A stretch of 64,000 bases of DNA from a virus (IMGVR_UViG_2728369562_000003:21712-85711); one strand, 5' to 3'; positions 31,811-42,901 are shown, counted from the stretch's first letter. Notes: generated by a model from the sequence alone, not told the origin. Made by a program: numbers and translations.

Positions 31811-31959
31811 ACAACTCTAATTAATTAACCCGGAGATGAAGATGAAAAGAGGGGAGGTCGACAATTCCCTCCATAATTTCTAACTCTGCCACTTTTAGGA
31901 GCATAAGCTCTTTGTGACGAAGCGTGCAGGTAGCCTTTCCTGTCGTCCTCATTAACTGA

Positions 31960-32238
31960 TTATTTAGCTTTGACTGCGTCTTTAAGTGCTTTTGCCGGCT
32001 TAAATGCAGGTGCTTTTGTAGCCGGAATATCAATTTCCTCTCCTGTCTGGGGATTTCTCCCTTTGCGAGCTGCACGTTCACGAACTTCAAATGTTCCGAA
32101 ACCAGGAATACTTACTTTTTCTCCACTTTTTAATGCCTCTGAAATAGTGTCAAAGACTTTTTCGACACTGGGAGCTCCTTCTTTTTTAGATACCCCTTGT
32201 TTTTCTGCCACTTTAGCGATTAGTTCTGTTTTATTCAT
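31960..32238 (-). CDS. yonN: HU-like DNA-binding protein YonN
   Basis: [27 protein letters not shown] motifs. Confidence 0.95.
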   Translation of the reverse strand: MNKTELIAKVAEKQGVSKKEGAPSVEKVFDTISEALKSGEKVSIPGFGTFEVRERAARKGRNPQTGEEIDIPATKAPAFKPAKALKDAVKAK

Positions 32239-32489
32239 AATCAATTTCCTCCTAAGTAAATTTAAATTTATTCTAAATGAACAATAAAGATTGTCTTTTA
32301 TATAGACGGGGGGAAACGTACTAGCCCTTTTATGTGGAAATTAGCTTTCTGTCTCCCTTATGACGATTATCACCAAAAGTGCTCTCAACCCAGTAGCACC
32401 AAGGGATAAAGGCACTTTTTTGTTGAAGTTTTTCCGGTAAAATCGCTGTACCCCTTGGGGGAGTAAGGCTCAAGGCACTTTTATTACCG

Positions 32490-35012
32490 TTACACCTTTT
32501 GACTTCTAAACCTACTGACTCGTTCTTTTGTTTTTTGTTTATTCCTTTTAACTGTACATTTTCCACAGAAAAGTTTCTTACTTGTTTTAGCCCTAAATAG
32601 CGTTTTACAATCTCCACAAATTCTTAATGTTTTCAGGTTGTGTATTAGACTGTTCAATATACAAGTACCGAAACATTCCCACAAAGTCGATTTGAACTTA
32701 CTCTTCTTTTTATATAGATACTTAACTAAAACATCAGTAACATATTGCTCATCATTATGGATTTTCAACAATCTGTCTTTAATGATCTTATAGACATAAT
32801 GTTTTTGCCCCGGCTTAATGTCTTCATCATTCATAAGCCATTTCTTGTTCTGGTCTAATCGTTTGTATTCACTAATAATTGTCTCGTCCAACTTAATCTC
32901 CTTGTTCTTGAGCAGGAAACGATAATCGAACTTTCCTGCAACAGCTGCGAAATTAATTCGGTCAGAAGGGATAATGGAGTCTAACTTATTTACTGTGCTC
33001 TCATTAAGTAACTCAACGCTATGTTCTTCTTTATCCTTTGCATAGATGAAGAAGTGGGGGACTTTATTTTTTATGTAATCTTTGATTTTTTCATCAACAT
33101 GATCAGGACGGGTAGGCATGAATAAGGTTTTTGCAAAATCGATAGTAAAGTTATTTTCCATACATAGCCATTTGATCACGTCCAGATTTATATTGTCGCT
33201 GTTCCATATCTTAGTAATATTGTTACTGTACTCCCCGATATTGATCCCATAAGCAAGAGTTAGTGCTTCATAGATGTTTCTGCTATTAATCTCTTGTTTC
33301 TGGGCTACAGACATTTCATAATACAAAGGAACGATGTTCTCCATATTACGCTTGGCAATATTGACGATTAGCTCATCAGAAATAATTAAGGCCTTATCCC
33401 CGTCGTTATCAAACTGCAGCAGTTTCGATATCGGATCATGAATGCTGGTATAAACACCTGGCGTAATGAACCACTTTTCATATTCCTCATCTTTTTTGTT
33501 CCACCTAACACCATGCTCTCTAAATAGATGAGGGGAGCGGAGGATATCAATGTGTCCTTCATCATATAAAGAACAATAAACATTGCTGCCGGTAAGAAGT
33601 CCTTTTGGATTCTCAATTCCAAGAAACAGTCTTTCACAAAAAGCATATAGATCTGGGCACAAATACGTATAACGAGCGTCACTGACAAGTAATTTTCCTG
33701 ATTTGGCGTCCTTAATCATACTCCTCTTCTTATTCTTAATGATTTCTTTGGTGTGATCATCATTTAGCAGCTCAGGATATATTAGTAGAGCTTCTTGAAG
33801 GCTTGTCTTATTTTTATTTTTCTCGGTAGCCCCCAAAACTTTCATCATTGTTTCTTTATCAGTGCCTAATTGAGTAATCTCACTAACAGTCTTTGAGCTG
33901 ATTTGTTTCAATTCCTCATCTGTGATATCAGTGAGTGTTTGTAGCATCTGGTAAGTCAGTTTTCCCTCAACAGATGGATCTTCTTCATTTAATTTAGCTC
34001 CTAAACATTCATACTTTTTAAATTTAGAGCGATAATCATCCCAAGAATCATAGTACTTCCACATCTTAAACTGGCTTTTCGTAAAAATTATTTGGATATC
34101 ATCTTTAATAATGTCCCATTCTTTACCGTAGACGTCCTTAACTATAAATGAACTGTGTTTTTCAGCAAACTTTTTAAAATCAAATGGAACTAGGAGACCC
34201 TTAACCCAAGGTAATCTGACCATAAAGCTTTTCTGGCTCAAACTGGGAAGCATCATTCCGCAACCATCTGTATGTTCTATAGGAATATCCATAACTTTAC
34301 GAGTGATTTCATATGTATCACGGTCAATATAATCAACCAGGCTGGAAACGTTTGTTTCTAAGTCATTTACGACAATTGCTTTATCAATATCAATTTCCCA
34401 TGGACTGCTGGCACTATTCGATAAGGCCATGTAGCTATTCCATTTGTTTATGCTGCTTCCACCTTGAGCATTGATATGCTCCACACTAAGACCACAAGTT
34501 AAAGCATTTTGATACTTATCTAAGGTGCTTTGCTTGATAAAACAAGACTTTTTGGTTCGTATTTGACCGGCACTGCTAGTGAAATAAACGTATTTCTCAT
34601 TGTTATGTATGAATCCTTTATCTATAATGTCCCTTAAAATTTGAAAATGATAAGTTTGGACGACAATAATCTCTTCAGAGAGTGTGTTTTCTTTGATTCC
34701 CAATGTCCGTGTTAAGACTGAATCAAATAATGCAATCACATTATTATCTTTCAGGGAATCTGTTCTAAGGGTTCTTATTTGATTATGATTGTTAAAGGCG
34801 TTATAAAGATTTTCTTTTAAGGAAATAATCCTTTGCGTTATGTACTTCTTATGTTTTTTATCAATATTTTCGAGTTTTTTAAGATGATCTCTGTACCTAA
34901 TGGATTTTAAAATCTTGTTATGTAATTTGTTTTCTTGATCATTATAAAAAGCAGAAGTATCAATACTGTAAATATGTACTTGCTTATTTAGACCGTCTTT
35001 TTTTCCTTTCAA
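32490..35012 (-). CDS. yonO: Single-subunit double-psi-barrel RNA polymerase YonO
   Basis: Catalytic DNDGD, RSP and TDGCG motifs; 840 aa. Confidence 0.95.
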   Translation of the reverse strand: MKGKKDGLNKQVHIYSIDTSAFYNDQENKLHNKILKSIRYRDHLKKLENIDKKHKKYITQRIISLKENLYNAFNNHNQIRTLRTDSLKDNNVIALFDSVLTRTLGIKENTLSEEIIVVQTYHFQILRDIIDKGFIHNNEKYVYFTSSAGQIRTKKSCFIKQSTLDKYQNALTCGLSVEHINAQGGSSINKWNSYMALSNSASSPWEIDIDKAIVVNDLETNVSSLVDYIDRDTYEITRKVMDIPIEHTDGCGMMLPSLSQKSFMVRLPWVKGLLVPFDFKKFAEKHSSFIVKDVYGKEWDIIKDDIQIIFTKSQFKMWKYYDSWDDYRSKFKKYECLGAKLNEEDPSVEGKLTYQMLQTLTDITDEELKQISSKTVSEITQLGTDKETMMKVLGATEKNKNKTSLQEALLIYPELLNDDHTKEIIKNKKRSMIKDAKSGKLLVSDARYTYLCPDLYAFCERLFLGIENPKGLLTGSNVYCSLYDEGHIDILRSPHLFREHGVRWNKKDEEYEKWFITPGVYTSIHDPISKLLQFDNDGDKALIISDELIVNIAKRNMENIVPLYYEMSVAQKQEINSRNIYEALTLAYGINIGEYSNNITKIWNSDNINLDVIKWLCMENNFTIDFAKTLFMPTRPDHVDEKIKDYIKNKVPHFFIYAKDKEEHSVELLNESTVNKLDSIIPSDRINFAAVAGKFDYRFLLKNKEIKLDETIISEYKRLDQNKKWLMNDEDIKPGQKHYVYKIIKDRLLKIHNDEQYVTDVLVKYLYKKKSKFKSTLWECFGTCILNSLIHNLKTLRICGDCKTLFRAKTSKKLFCGKCTVKRNKQKTKERVSRFRSQKV

Positions 35013-35056
35013 TAAATTCTCCCCTTGTAAATTAATAAACTATTTTATTTTTATCC

Positions 35057-35236
35057 TTAATAACTACTATTTAAATATTGAGACACTAAATTTCTGTATG
35101 TATGACTTTTTTTATTAACTGTTCCGTACCACAAATAGTCTTGATAAAGGTTTTCTTCTTCTGGTGTTGCTGTTTCATTAATAACTTTAGTTTCAAGAAA
35201 ACCAATTAAGTTACTAAACAAATACTGTTTTTTCAT
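35057..35236 (-). CDS. yonP: YonP-like small protein (59 aa)
   Basis: GGAGGTG RBS; MKKQYLFSNLIGFLETKV...; upstream of yonO. Confidence 0.7.
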   Translation of the reverse strand: MKKQYLFSNLIGFLETKVINETATPEEENLYQDYLWYGTVNKKSHTYRNLVSQYLNSSY

Positions 35237-35313
35237 TTAATCACCTCCATAAGTAATATTATTTTTATCCTAAATAAAACTAATAAAAATCCCTGTGTTT
35301 AGCAGGTGACTTG

Positions 35314-35342
35314 ATTATATATTTTATTTTTATTCTTGTAAA
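35314..35342 (-). promoter_or_regulatory. Sigma-A promoter of yonP-yonO with SPbeta repeated element in its spacer
   Basis: TTTACA-17-TATAAT, spacer AGAATAAAAATAAAATA. Confidence 0.75.
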
Positions 35343-35438
35343 CATTAATTTCAAAAATTTTTAATTTCGAGATGTATTATCGAAACTAATAGGCGATATA
35401 AGCGTATTAAGTTTATTAATAAAAAGGGGAAGAAGATT

Positions 35439-35606
35439 ATGAAAAATAGAAAGAAATACTACATGATTATGTTGCCGTCACTAGTCTTAGCTATTTTAAT
35501 ATCTTACATGCTTCCAACTGAGCAAAAGTATTGGGGGCTGTCTGTCATCATAATTGGATGGGTGGTTTACTACTTTATTAAGCAAACAAATAAGAAAAAG
35601 GGGTAA
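35439..35606 (+). CDS. Small two-TM membrane protein (55 aa)
   Basis: AAGGGGA RBS; MKNRKKYYMIMLPSLVLAIL... Confidence 0.65.
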   Translation: MKNRKKYYMIMLPSLVLAILISYMLPTEQKYWGLSVIIIGWVVYYFIKQTNKKKG

Positions 35607-35610
35607 TTAA

Positions 35611-36111
35611 ATGTTCTCACTGGAAGACTATATCAAAACAGTTAAGCAAAATCTCGGCCAACACTCAGCTTTATTAACAAGGGAAATCAAAAAAACAATC
35701 AACTACAATTTTTATATTGATATTGATTTAGTGGACTACATGGCCTTTATTGATCCAACAAGATTTGAGATATCAATAAGAATGTTTTCAATGGATAAAG
35801 AGGCAAGTGAAGTGTTTTATGAAGGAGAAGACAAAACAATTTTTTCAGGGAGCACTCAAGTTATACCTGATATTAAATATTTTCAACTATCTAGGGAGAA
35901 TAAAAAGGAATTTGATGAGTTTTATGAAAACAACGATATTGAAATAGAAAGGGAAGAACATAAAGCATTCACAGAGTGGTTTTATGAGTGTTGGAAAGCA
36001 GCTCGAGGTCATAAAATGAACTTGCCTTCATACTTTGTTATTCATGATCATTATAAATCATTGGATTTACGGGCAAATAAATGGATATCAGATGATGAAA
36101 AGTGGGAATAG
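35611..36111 (+). CDS. Acidic hypothetical protein
   Basis: 166 aa ORF with RBS, followed by hairpin terminator near 36120-36157. Confidence 0.8.
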   Translation: MFSLEDYIKTVKQNLGQHSALLTREIKKTINYNFYIDIDLVDYMAFIDPTRFEISIRMFSMDKEASEVFYEGEDKTIFSGSTQVIPDIKYFQLSRENKKEFDEFYENNDIEIEREEHKAFTEWFYECWKAARGHKMNLPSYFVIHDHYKSLDLRANKWISDDEKWE

Positions 36112-37065
36112 ACACAAGAAAAGGTGGTGATCGAATTAAGATCACCTTTTTTATTTTGGATTTGGTTTGCATATCGTAATGTTATTTGCACGAAAAACAT
36201 GCTTATCGTAAAAATTTATAAAGGGCTAAAAAAGACAGTAAACATAAGGATATTTGATACTTTAATTAGTGAATAGGGGGCAAACGATCGTAAAACGTAA
36301 GTGAGAGTAGGGGAAAGAAGTCGTTTTAAGGAGAAATTGATGAAAAAGGAGAAATTTGAAGAGTGAAAAACATTGATAATATAGATTTTTACGATAGCGA
36401 TTACGATGTGAAAAAGGACGATTTAATGTGGAATTGGGAAAATGTAAATTTGGATAGGGTGTGGAAATGGAAGTGCTATGGGCACATTCGTTCCCTTATT
36501 TTTACCATTAGATGTAAATATACCCCCATATACTGGCAGTGGAAACCCCATATAATATACCTTATGTAGGGAATTCTTTAATCCTGTTTATTCAACACAT
36601 CTCTAACATAATTCCAGGCCAAACACAAGAATAAAATTAAAAAAAATAAATTGGTTAGCGATATAAAAATGAATAACCATTCATTAAAGATAATCGTATT
36701 TATAACGAATCCGAGGGAATCGAAGACATATTTATTTTATACTCATCACTATACATAACCATACCTTATATAATCATATATCCTTCGCTTATCACTCTTC
36801 ACACACGCTGAACTCATATACACAACACTCATAATTCAAATTCCACCTAATGACACTCACACGCTCTCAGAATCAATATAACGCCTTTCTAATCCATCCG
36901 ATATTCATCCCAATATCATTTGCTATCCTAACAGCTAAACCATCATACAGACCAATTAAAGCATCATTATAATCATCAACAAAATATAATTAATTAGAAT
37001 AAAAATAAAATGACTTTATAGATGAACTGTGTTATAATAGAGTCATAGGAAAGGAGGTGTACATA

Positions 37066-37242
37066 GTGCTTGAGAAAGTGGGTATCATTGTTGCTTTCCT
37101 CATATCTATAACGGTTCTTACAATCAACAGTCTAACAATAGTTGAGAAGATAAGAAACCTAAAGAATTGGACAAGCAAAAAGAAAAAGCGTATACGCAAG
37201 CGGCTCCGACCAAAGAGACAACGCCAACGTATACGCCGATGA
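37066..37242 (+). CDS. yonT: Type I toxin YonT
   Basis: MLEKVGIIVAFLIS... TM helix plus extremely basic tail; AGGAGGT RBS. Confidence 0.9.
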   Translation: MLEKVGIIVAFLISITVLTINSLTIVEKIRNLKNWTSKKKKRIRKRLRPKRQRQRIRR

Positions 37243-37283
37243 GAGCTAAGCTAAAGGGGAATGAACTTCTCCTTTAGTTCCTA
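37180..37283 (-). ncRNA. SR6-like antisense antitoxin RNA (ends approximate)
   Basis: Known for SPbeta yonT/yoyJ; minus-strand TTTACA and TATAAT boxes at ~37316 and ~37294. Confidence 0.55.
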
Positions 37284-37512
37284 TCCATATTATAACATGA
37301 TCAAGCACATTGTAAACATGAAACGATTCTCATTATGGTTTACCCATATCACATTCATTGGCTTATTTTTGATGTTTCAACTCATTAAGGATTACTTCAG
37401 CAGCGAAGCACAAACACTAATCAATACAATATTTGTAGTCACATGTATCATTGCCATACTGTTATGGATCATCTATTTTGTATTCCTTAAACTAAGAAAC
37501 AAGTCACACTAA
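37261..37512 (+). CDS. yoyJ: YoyJ membrane peptide
   Basis: Two TM helices, follows yonT. Confidence 0.75.
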   Translation: MNFSFSSYPYYNMIKHIVNMKRFSLWFTHITFIGLFLMFQLIKDYFSSEAQTLINTIFVVTCIIAILLWIIYFVFLKLRNKSH

Positions 37513-37556
37513 TCATATAGGCCTCATGGTATAATTAAATCATTGAGGTGAGATGA

Positions 37557-37715
37557 GTGGAGAATAAATTCCTGGATGCTATTCGGCAGCTTGCTAAGGA
37601 ATTAGAAATGCTCAAGAAAGATATTGACTCCATCAAGAATACAACTGACAGAATTAATTCAGACCTTTTAGAGTACAGAGAAGAGATAAGCAAAGTTAAA
37701 CAACATGAACCTTGA
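37557..37715 (+). CDS. yonU: YonU-like coiled-coil protein (52 aa)
   Basis: GAGGTG RBS with GTG start; MENKFLDAIRQLAKELEMLKKDID... Confidence 0.65.
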   Translation: MENKFLDAIRQLAKELEMLKKDIDSIKNTTDRINSDLLEYREEISKVKQHEP

Positions 37716-37803
37716 ACACACCAGTTAAATATCAAACTGTAAATAAAGGAGCGGTAAACATTTATCGTTCCTTTATTTAAATTTAATGAAAAGGAGATGC
37801 TGA

Positions 37804-39021
37804 ATGAATATAGTTAAAGTAGTTGATTCCATAATGGGATCAGGTAAAACAACTGCAGCCATTAACCACATGAACAACGCTAACCCAGAAGATAACTTTA
37901 TATTTGTCACACCTTATCTTAATGAGGTTGAGCGGATAAAGAAAAGTGTAACCAACAGACAAATGTATGAACCTAAAGTAAGAACAAAAGGAGATAAGAC
38001 TCAATATAAATTTGAATCACTTCATGAACTCTTATCACAGAATAAAAACATTGTTGCAACACATAACTTATTTAAGAACGCAAACGATGAAACAAAAGAG
38101 CTGATCCTTTCAGGTAACTACACTTTAATATTAGACGAGGTTATGGAAGTAGTTGAGCAGCTACAAGTGAAGACACATGATCTTACAACACTATTTGATT
38201 CTAATCTTATCTATGTTGAAGATGGTATTGTTAAATGGAATGAAGATAAAAGGGATTATGAGACACGTTACAATGACATTAGAGACATGGCATTGAACAA
38301 TAATCTTGTTTATTTTAAAGACAGTATATTGATTTGGAACTTTCCAGCTGAGGTATTCAAATTGTTTAAAGAGGTTTACATATTAACTTACATGTTTGAT
38401 GCTCAGATACAAAGATATTATTATGATGTAAATGATATTGCTTATGAAAAGTATGTCTCATCCTATGTAGATGGGGAATACCGGTTTACTCAATACAATA
38501 AAGACTTTGAGAACAACGTTAAGGAAATGATCCGTAATAAGATTAAAATATATGAAGGTAACTTGAATGCTGTAGGCCAGTTAGATTATTCATTATCATC
38601 AACCTGGTACAAAGATAAGTCACCTTATACAATCAAAAAGGTAAAGAACAATGTATTCAATTACTTTAACAACATTGTTAAGTCATCAAGCGAAGAAGCT
38701 ATGTGGACGACTTATTCAGAACATAAGAATAAAATAAAAGGTAATGGATATACAAAAGGTTTTGTTTCCTGTAATGCACGTGCTACAAATGAGTTTAAGC
38801 ATAAGAAACATTTAGCTTATACAATAAATAGATACGTTAATACAATCCTTTATAGTTACTTTAAGAATAAATATAATATTACAATTGATCAGGATTTGTT
38901 TGCTTTATCTGAATTAGTGCAATGGATATGGAGGTCAGGTATAAGAGATGGTAAAGAAATTACATTATTCATTCCATCTTTAAGGATGAGGAAGTTGCTA
39001 TTAGAATGGTTAAATGAGTAG
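37804..39021 (+). CDS. yonV: YonV, SF2 helicase-like P-loop NTPase
   Basis: MGSGKT, LILDE, QWIWRS motifs. Confidence 0.85.
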   Translation: MNIVKVVDSIMGSGKTTAAINHMNNANPEDNFIFVTPYLNEVERIKKSVTNRQMYEPKVRTKGDKTQYKFESLHELLSQNKNIVATHNLFKNANDETKELILSGNYTLILDEVMEVVEQLQVKTHDLTTLFDSNLIYVEDGIVKWNEDKRDYETRYNDIRDMALNNNLVYFKDSILIWNFPAEVFKLFKEVYILTYMFDAQIQRYYYDVNDIAYEKYVSSYVDGEYRFTQYNKDFENNVKEMIRNKIKIYEGNLNAVGQLDYSLSSTWYKDKSPYTIKKVKNNVFNYFNNIVKSSSEEAMWTTYSEHKNKIKGNGYTKGFVSCNARATNEFKHKKHLAYTINRYVNTILYSYFKNKYNITIDQDLFALSELVQWIWRSGIRDGKEITLFIPSLRMRKLLLEWLNE

Positions 39022-39217
39022 GTTAATAGAACAAACCTCTTAAACTTTGAAAAAAAGTCAGTCATACCAAGGGTTTCAGAGCCTAAGTCTTTAGGGAAAG
39101 GGTATAAAAATAAATTTTAAAAAAGGGAGAACATTTTAAGTACATACGTCCGTAAAGAAGGGCGCTTTACGTCCGGTTTTGTTCAGCAAGCTGAACGAAA
39201 ACTTATATATATTTATT

Positions 39218-39267
39218 AGAATAAAAATAAAATAACAATTGATAATTTATAATGATCATGTTATACT
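39218..39267 (+). promoter_or_regulatory. SPbeta repeated element plus sigma-A promoter of yonX
   Basis: AGAATAAAAATAAAATA then TTGATA-17-TATACT with TG extension; second element at ~39308. Confidence 0.7.
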
Positions 39268-39348
39268 TAAAACAAGTTAAGGGGATAAGAATATATTACA
39301 TAAAATTAGAATAAAAATAATATCACTTTATGAATGGAGAGGTTAAAG

Positions 39349-39801
39349 ATGATGTTAATTAAACAAAAAGGAAACAGATACTATAGATATAGCTGGGCTC
39401 AAATGAGAAGTTTCCCAATTAAAAAAGTTGAAGCATTAGAACTAATTGAAAATGGTGAAGCTGAGTTAGTTGAAAGCTTTATTACAGATCCTACACCTCA
39501 GCCAATCACAGAAGAAACAAAGCAAGTATATGAAGAACAAGAAGAAGTTAAATCAACAAAAGTAGTAAGCATAAAATCAATTAGAGAGACAAACAAAGAA
39601 AAAGAAAACTTTGCAAAAGCAAAAGATCATTTTGTGAAAAGAGTACTACCAAAACTTAATCTTACTGATATGAAAAAGTTAACGGAACTTTCATTTAAAA
39701 AAGACAGTGAAGGGTTCCAAGAAGAGATTATGAGGATCATTCTGAGACTGAATATTGAAGAAGCAACATTGGGATGCTTACAAGGAGGCCAAAATACATG
39801 A
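39349..39801 (+). CDS. yonX: YonX-like protein
   Basis: MMLIKQKGNRYYRYSWAQMRSFP..., synteny. Confidence 0.7.
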   Translation: MMLIKQKGNRYYRYSWAQMRSFPIKKVEALELIENGEAELVESFITDPTPQPITEETKQVYEEQEEVKSTKVVSIKSIRETNKEKENFAKAKDHFVKRVLPKLNLTDMKKLTELSFKKDSEGFQEEIMRIILRLNIEEATLGCLQGGQNT

Positions 39802-40019
39802 GTATAGCTCCTCCTTATGATGAGTGCCAGATTAGGTTCAGATTCTATATGCTATCTCAAGGAATAAAGCCAGGTGATGAATATAAAATTTATGAATACA
39901 TGATATGGATCAATAGAATGGTTATAAAGTATAAGAAGTTAAAAAACGAGAAAATTACCACACCGATTAAACAAGATGATTTTACTAGCTTTATAGAAGA
40001 GCAGCTCGGAGTTGTTTAA
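39798..40019 (+). CDS. Hypothetical phage protein
   Basis: AGGAGG RBS, ATGA overlap with yonX. Confidence 0.65.
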   Translation: MSIAPPYDECQIRFRFYMLSQGIKPGDEYKIYEYMIWINRMVIKYKKLKNEKITTPIKQDDFTSFIEEQLGVV

Positions 40020-40056
40020 ATAAAATGCATATTTTAAACAGAATGGAGACAATAAA

Positions 40057-40719
40057 ATGAGTACATATCAAGTAGATTTCAATCAATTCAGAGGAAGTAT
40101 GGAAACAACATGCGACCTATATAATTTAGATAACAATACAACGCTTCAAACCAGCCTTTACCGTAATACTAATAGCCTTTGCATTGAATATAAGGTAATT
40201 CAGCGTGATGATAATTCAAATAGTTTTGCGGAGTACGATACACTTGCCCGTGGTTACATTGAAGTACCTTTGACTTACAATCAATTTAAGAAGCCTGTAA
40301 AAAAAGTTTATCTAAATAAAATAATTAACGCACTAGATTCTATTATTAATCAATATCTTATTATAGAAGATACTTCTCAAGAAATTAACGAACGAGTTCA
40401 AATGAAAGTGAGTGCAACTAAAATAAATGAGGAAGATCAATCTGACTTTACGAATGAAACCTCTAATTCACCAATTGATCAAATTAGGATGGAAAGATGG
40501 GACAGGGAATATGACGAGGGAGTTAAATATTTCTTTGATAAATACGGGAATAAACGTATAGGGGATATTATTTATATTGATACACAGCAAGAGCTTGAGC
40601 ATTTAGAACACATAGACTGTGATAATGTGATAAGGATTTTTGTAGACAAAGAGCATGAAAATAAAATTAAAGCTATTGTACTTAAAGATATAAACAAACA
40701 TTATCAAAGAAGTGGATAA
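40057..40719 (+). CDS. Hypothetical protein
   Basis: 220 aa ORF bounded by two ATAAAA-N6-TTTTAW sites. Confidence 0.75.
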   Translation: MSTYQVDFNQFRGSMETTCDLYNLDNNTTLQTSLYRNTNSLCIEYKVIQRDDNSNSFAEYDTLARGYIEVPLTYNQFKKPVKKVYLNKIINALDSIINQYLIIEDTSQEINERVQMKVSATKINEEDQSDFTNETSNSPIDQIRMERWDREYDEGVKYFFDKYGNKRIGDIIYIDTQQELEHLEHIDCDNVIRIFVDKEHENKIKAIVLKDINKHYQRSG

Positions 40720-40750
40720 AACAACAATTTTATACAGATGGGAGGTCTTT

Positions 40751-40945
40751 ATGAGAGGAAAAGCAATTTATCTAACCAGAGAAGAAATGAGACTGATTGA
40801 ATTATGTTTGGATAATGTGGAGCCAAATGATTTAATTGAACCCTACAAGTGGGAAACCGACTTTAAACCTGATCCCGAAGCACATAAAGCATGGCATTCA
40901 GTATCAGATAAGATTTCCAAAGCATTAAGGGAGGGTGCGGAGTAA
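40751..40945 (+). CDS. Hypothetical protein
   Basis: GGGAGG RBS with ATG at 40751 (MRGKAIYL...). Confidence 0.65.
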   Translation: MRGKAIYLTREEMRLIELCLDNVEPNDLIEPYKWETDFKPDPEAHKAWHSVSDKISKALREGAE

Positions 40946-41181
40946 TGCATGTCCCTGACAATATAAAGAAAGCCATTATAAATAGTTCTTATAATTACAA
41001 ACAGGCAATAGAGGATGCGAATAAAATTCGTGATTGGTTGGAATCAAATGAAATAAACAGTGATTTCATGAAAGAATATTTTAGTGAGTGTATAGAAAAT
41101 GGGACAGATAACTGGCGAGACTTTCTGGAACATCTTGAAACTCATGACAAAAATCAAATGTATGATGGTACGGATGATTAA
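40945..41181 (+). CDS. Hypothetical protein
   Basis: 78 aa, coupled to upstream gene. Confidence 0.7.
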   Translation: MHVPDNIKKAIINSSYNYKQAIEDANKIRDWLESNEINSDFMKEYFSECIENGTDNWRDFLEHLETHDKNQMYDGTDD

Positions 41182-41195
41182 GGAGGCGTTAAACA

Positions 41196-41450
41196 ATGGC
41201 TAAATGTAATGACTGTGGTAACGAACGTTTTTTCTACCTAGAGGTATCGGTAACGGCGAAACAGCTTATTGACACAACAGGTGGAGCAAGAAACGGAAAG
41301 ATTTATGATGTAGATTATTCAGATTCGGGGTTAGACAATATTTTCAATGAAGGCAGTTATATTTGTAAGGAATGTGAATCAAGGGACGTTGAACACGAGG
41401 ACGGCGAGGGAGATTACAAACTCTACAATCGAGATCGTGAGGATGATTAG
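41196..41450 (+). CDS. Zn-ribbon protein
   Basis: CNDC...CKEC; AAGGAGG RBS. Confidence 0.75.
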   Translation: MAKCNDCGNERFFYLEVSVTAKQLIDTTGGARNGKIYDVDYSDSGLDNIFNEGSYICKECESRDVEHEDGEGDYKLYNRDREDD

Positions 41451-41714
41451 ATGGGGTTGTTAAAAAATAAAAGCTGGCAAGCACAGGATTTATATAACGA
41501 ATATTTAGAGTTGAAGGTTGATATATCCGAAAAAATAATAAATCTAGAGTTTGTTAAAAGTATGGGGAAAGTAACAGCAGAAGAAGTAACCACAAGAGAG
41601 AATAGCATCAATGAAAAGGTTATGCGGTTAAGAACTGTTCTAAATCAATTAAGAGTAGAACATAATGTACAGCTTGAAGATTTAATTATATTGAGTCTCT
41701 GTGTTGATGTCTGA
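41451..41714 (+). CDS. Hypothetical protein
   Basis: 87 aa ORF. Confidence 0.65.
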   Translation: MGLLKNKSWQAQDLYNEYLELKVDISEKIINLEFVKSMGKVTAEEVTTRENSINEKVMRLRTVLNQLRVEHNVQLEDLIILSLCVDV

Positions 41715-41750
41715 ATAAAACAGCAGTTTTAATGAAAGGGGAAATAAATT

Positions 41751-42074
41751 TTGCTTACATTAAATCAAAACACCTTGAACTTTTTACTGGATAATGGCTT
41801 TGAACTAAAGCAGTATGAGGAGCAGGGATTATCATTTTATACAAAAGAAATAAAGGACAGCCACTCTTTGAAAAAATTAATTACACATCATTATGAATTT
41901 CAGGAAGATGAAGAGATCAACACAAAAGGATCAAGTTTTATCATGGAGATACAGACAAATGGGGAAAACCCTCAATGGCTTTTTACCGGTGAATATGAAA
42001 AGCTTGGTATTCTTCAAGACCAAAATCAGTTTATTGAATTTGTAAAGAAGGTTGAAAAGTTGGTTACATGCTGA
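41751..42074 (+). CDS. Hypothetical protein
   Basis: AAAGGGG RBS with TTG start. Confidence 0.7.
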   Translation: MLTLNQNTLNFLLDNGFELKQYEEQGLSFYTKEIKDSHSLKKLITHHYEFQEDEEINTKGSSFIMEIQTNGENPQWLFTGEYEKLGILQDQNQFIEFVKKVEKLVTC

Positions 42075-42161
42075 CTCCATACACAAAAAGCGACAATGAT
42101 ATATTGATTGAGCTTTGGTCTTAATATGTGATAATTAGATATAATATAAAATCTAGAAAAG

Positions 42162-42593
42162 GTGGATATTATGTCTAAAGAAATTGATATTTTCATCAGA
42201 GTGCTACAAACTGCGCCTGCAAAAACTGGTTTAGCTACCGTGATATTTAGATACAAAGGAATTGTGAAAGAAACATATTTTAGTTGTTTAGAGCGGACAC
42301 AAAACAGATCAATAATCCTTGCTGCTAAAATTGCAATTGCAAGTCTTTCATCCAGTTGCATAGTCAATTTACATACACAAAACAATTTTGGTTTTTCATA
42401 CATAGGAGAAAGAAGGCATAAAAAATGGGTTAACCGTGATGTAGGTGATCAATTATTGTCTACTGTTGAAAAAGGAGGCCACACGCTTAACCTAATTGAT
42501 TGTTCAGCAACTATTGAAGGGAAAAAGTATCAACAGGCATTGTCTCAGAGGCTAAGAAATATACAGAGAAATTCTGGAGAAAGGAGAGATTAA
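42162..42593 (+). CDS. RNase HI-like fold protein, probably catalytically inactive
   Basis: Aligns by eye to RNase HI (RYKG..KE, TQNR, CIVNLHTQ, VNRD) without the acidic triad. Confidence 0.55.
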   Translation: MDIMSKEIDIFIRVLQTAPAKTGLATVIFRYKGIVKETYFSCLERTQNRSIILAAKIAIASLSSSCIVNLHTQNNFGFSYIGERRHKKWVNRDVGDQLLSTVEKGGHTLNLIDCSATIEGKKYQQALSQRLRNIQRNSGERRD

Positions 42594-42596
42594 TTA

Positions 42597-42767
42597 ATGT
42601 CTATGAACGTAAAGCAGCTAATAAATTCATTACAAACCATGCTAGAGAGAGGTCAAATAAAAGAGGATACAACTGTCCTTCTTAATACTTATGACGACTG
42701 TATGTACGAAGTAACATGTATTGAACCATTAGGAGAATTTTTGCAAATTGAAGCTGAGATCAAATAA
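42597..42767 (+). CDS. Hypothetical 56-aa protein (MSMNVKQLINSLQ...)
   Basis: AAGGAG RBS; stop lies within the palindromic site at 42764. Confidence 0.6.
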   Translation: MSMNVKQLINSLQTMLERGQIKEDTTVLLNTYDDCMYEVTCIEPLGEFLQIEAEIK

Positions 42768-42901
42768 AACATGGATTTTATTAAATCTTTGTTCTTTTTA
42801 AGATTCATATAGCGGCACTAAAGAATCATTTATAGGTGAGTATCTTGATCGAGAACTGAATTTCCAATATATTGAATTAAAAGGTATTGGGAGGAGTTTA
42901 T

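Noticed and set aside
36363-36569. 68-aa ORF in the skewed intergenic region
   Set aside because: Weak RBS and odd composition; spans the compositional switch, so likely spurious.
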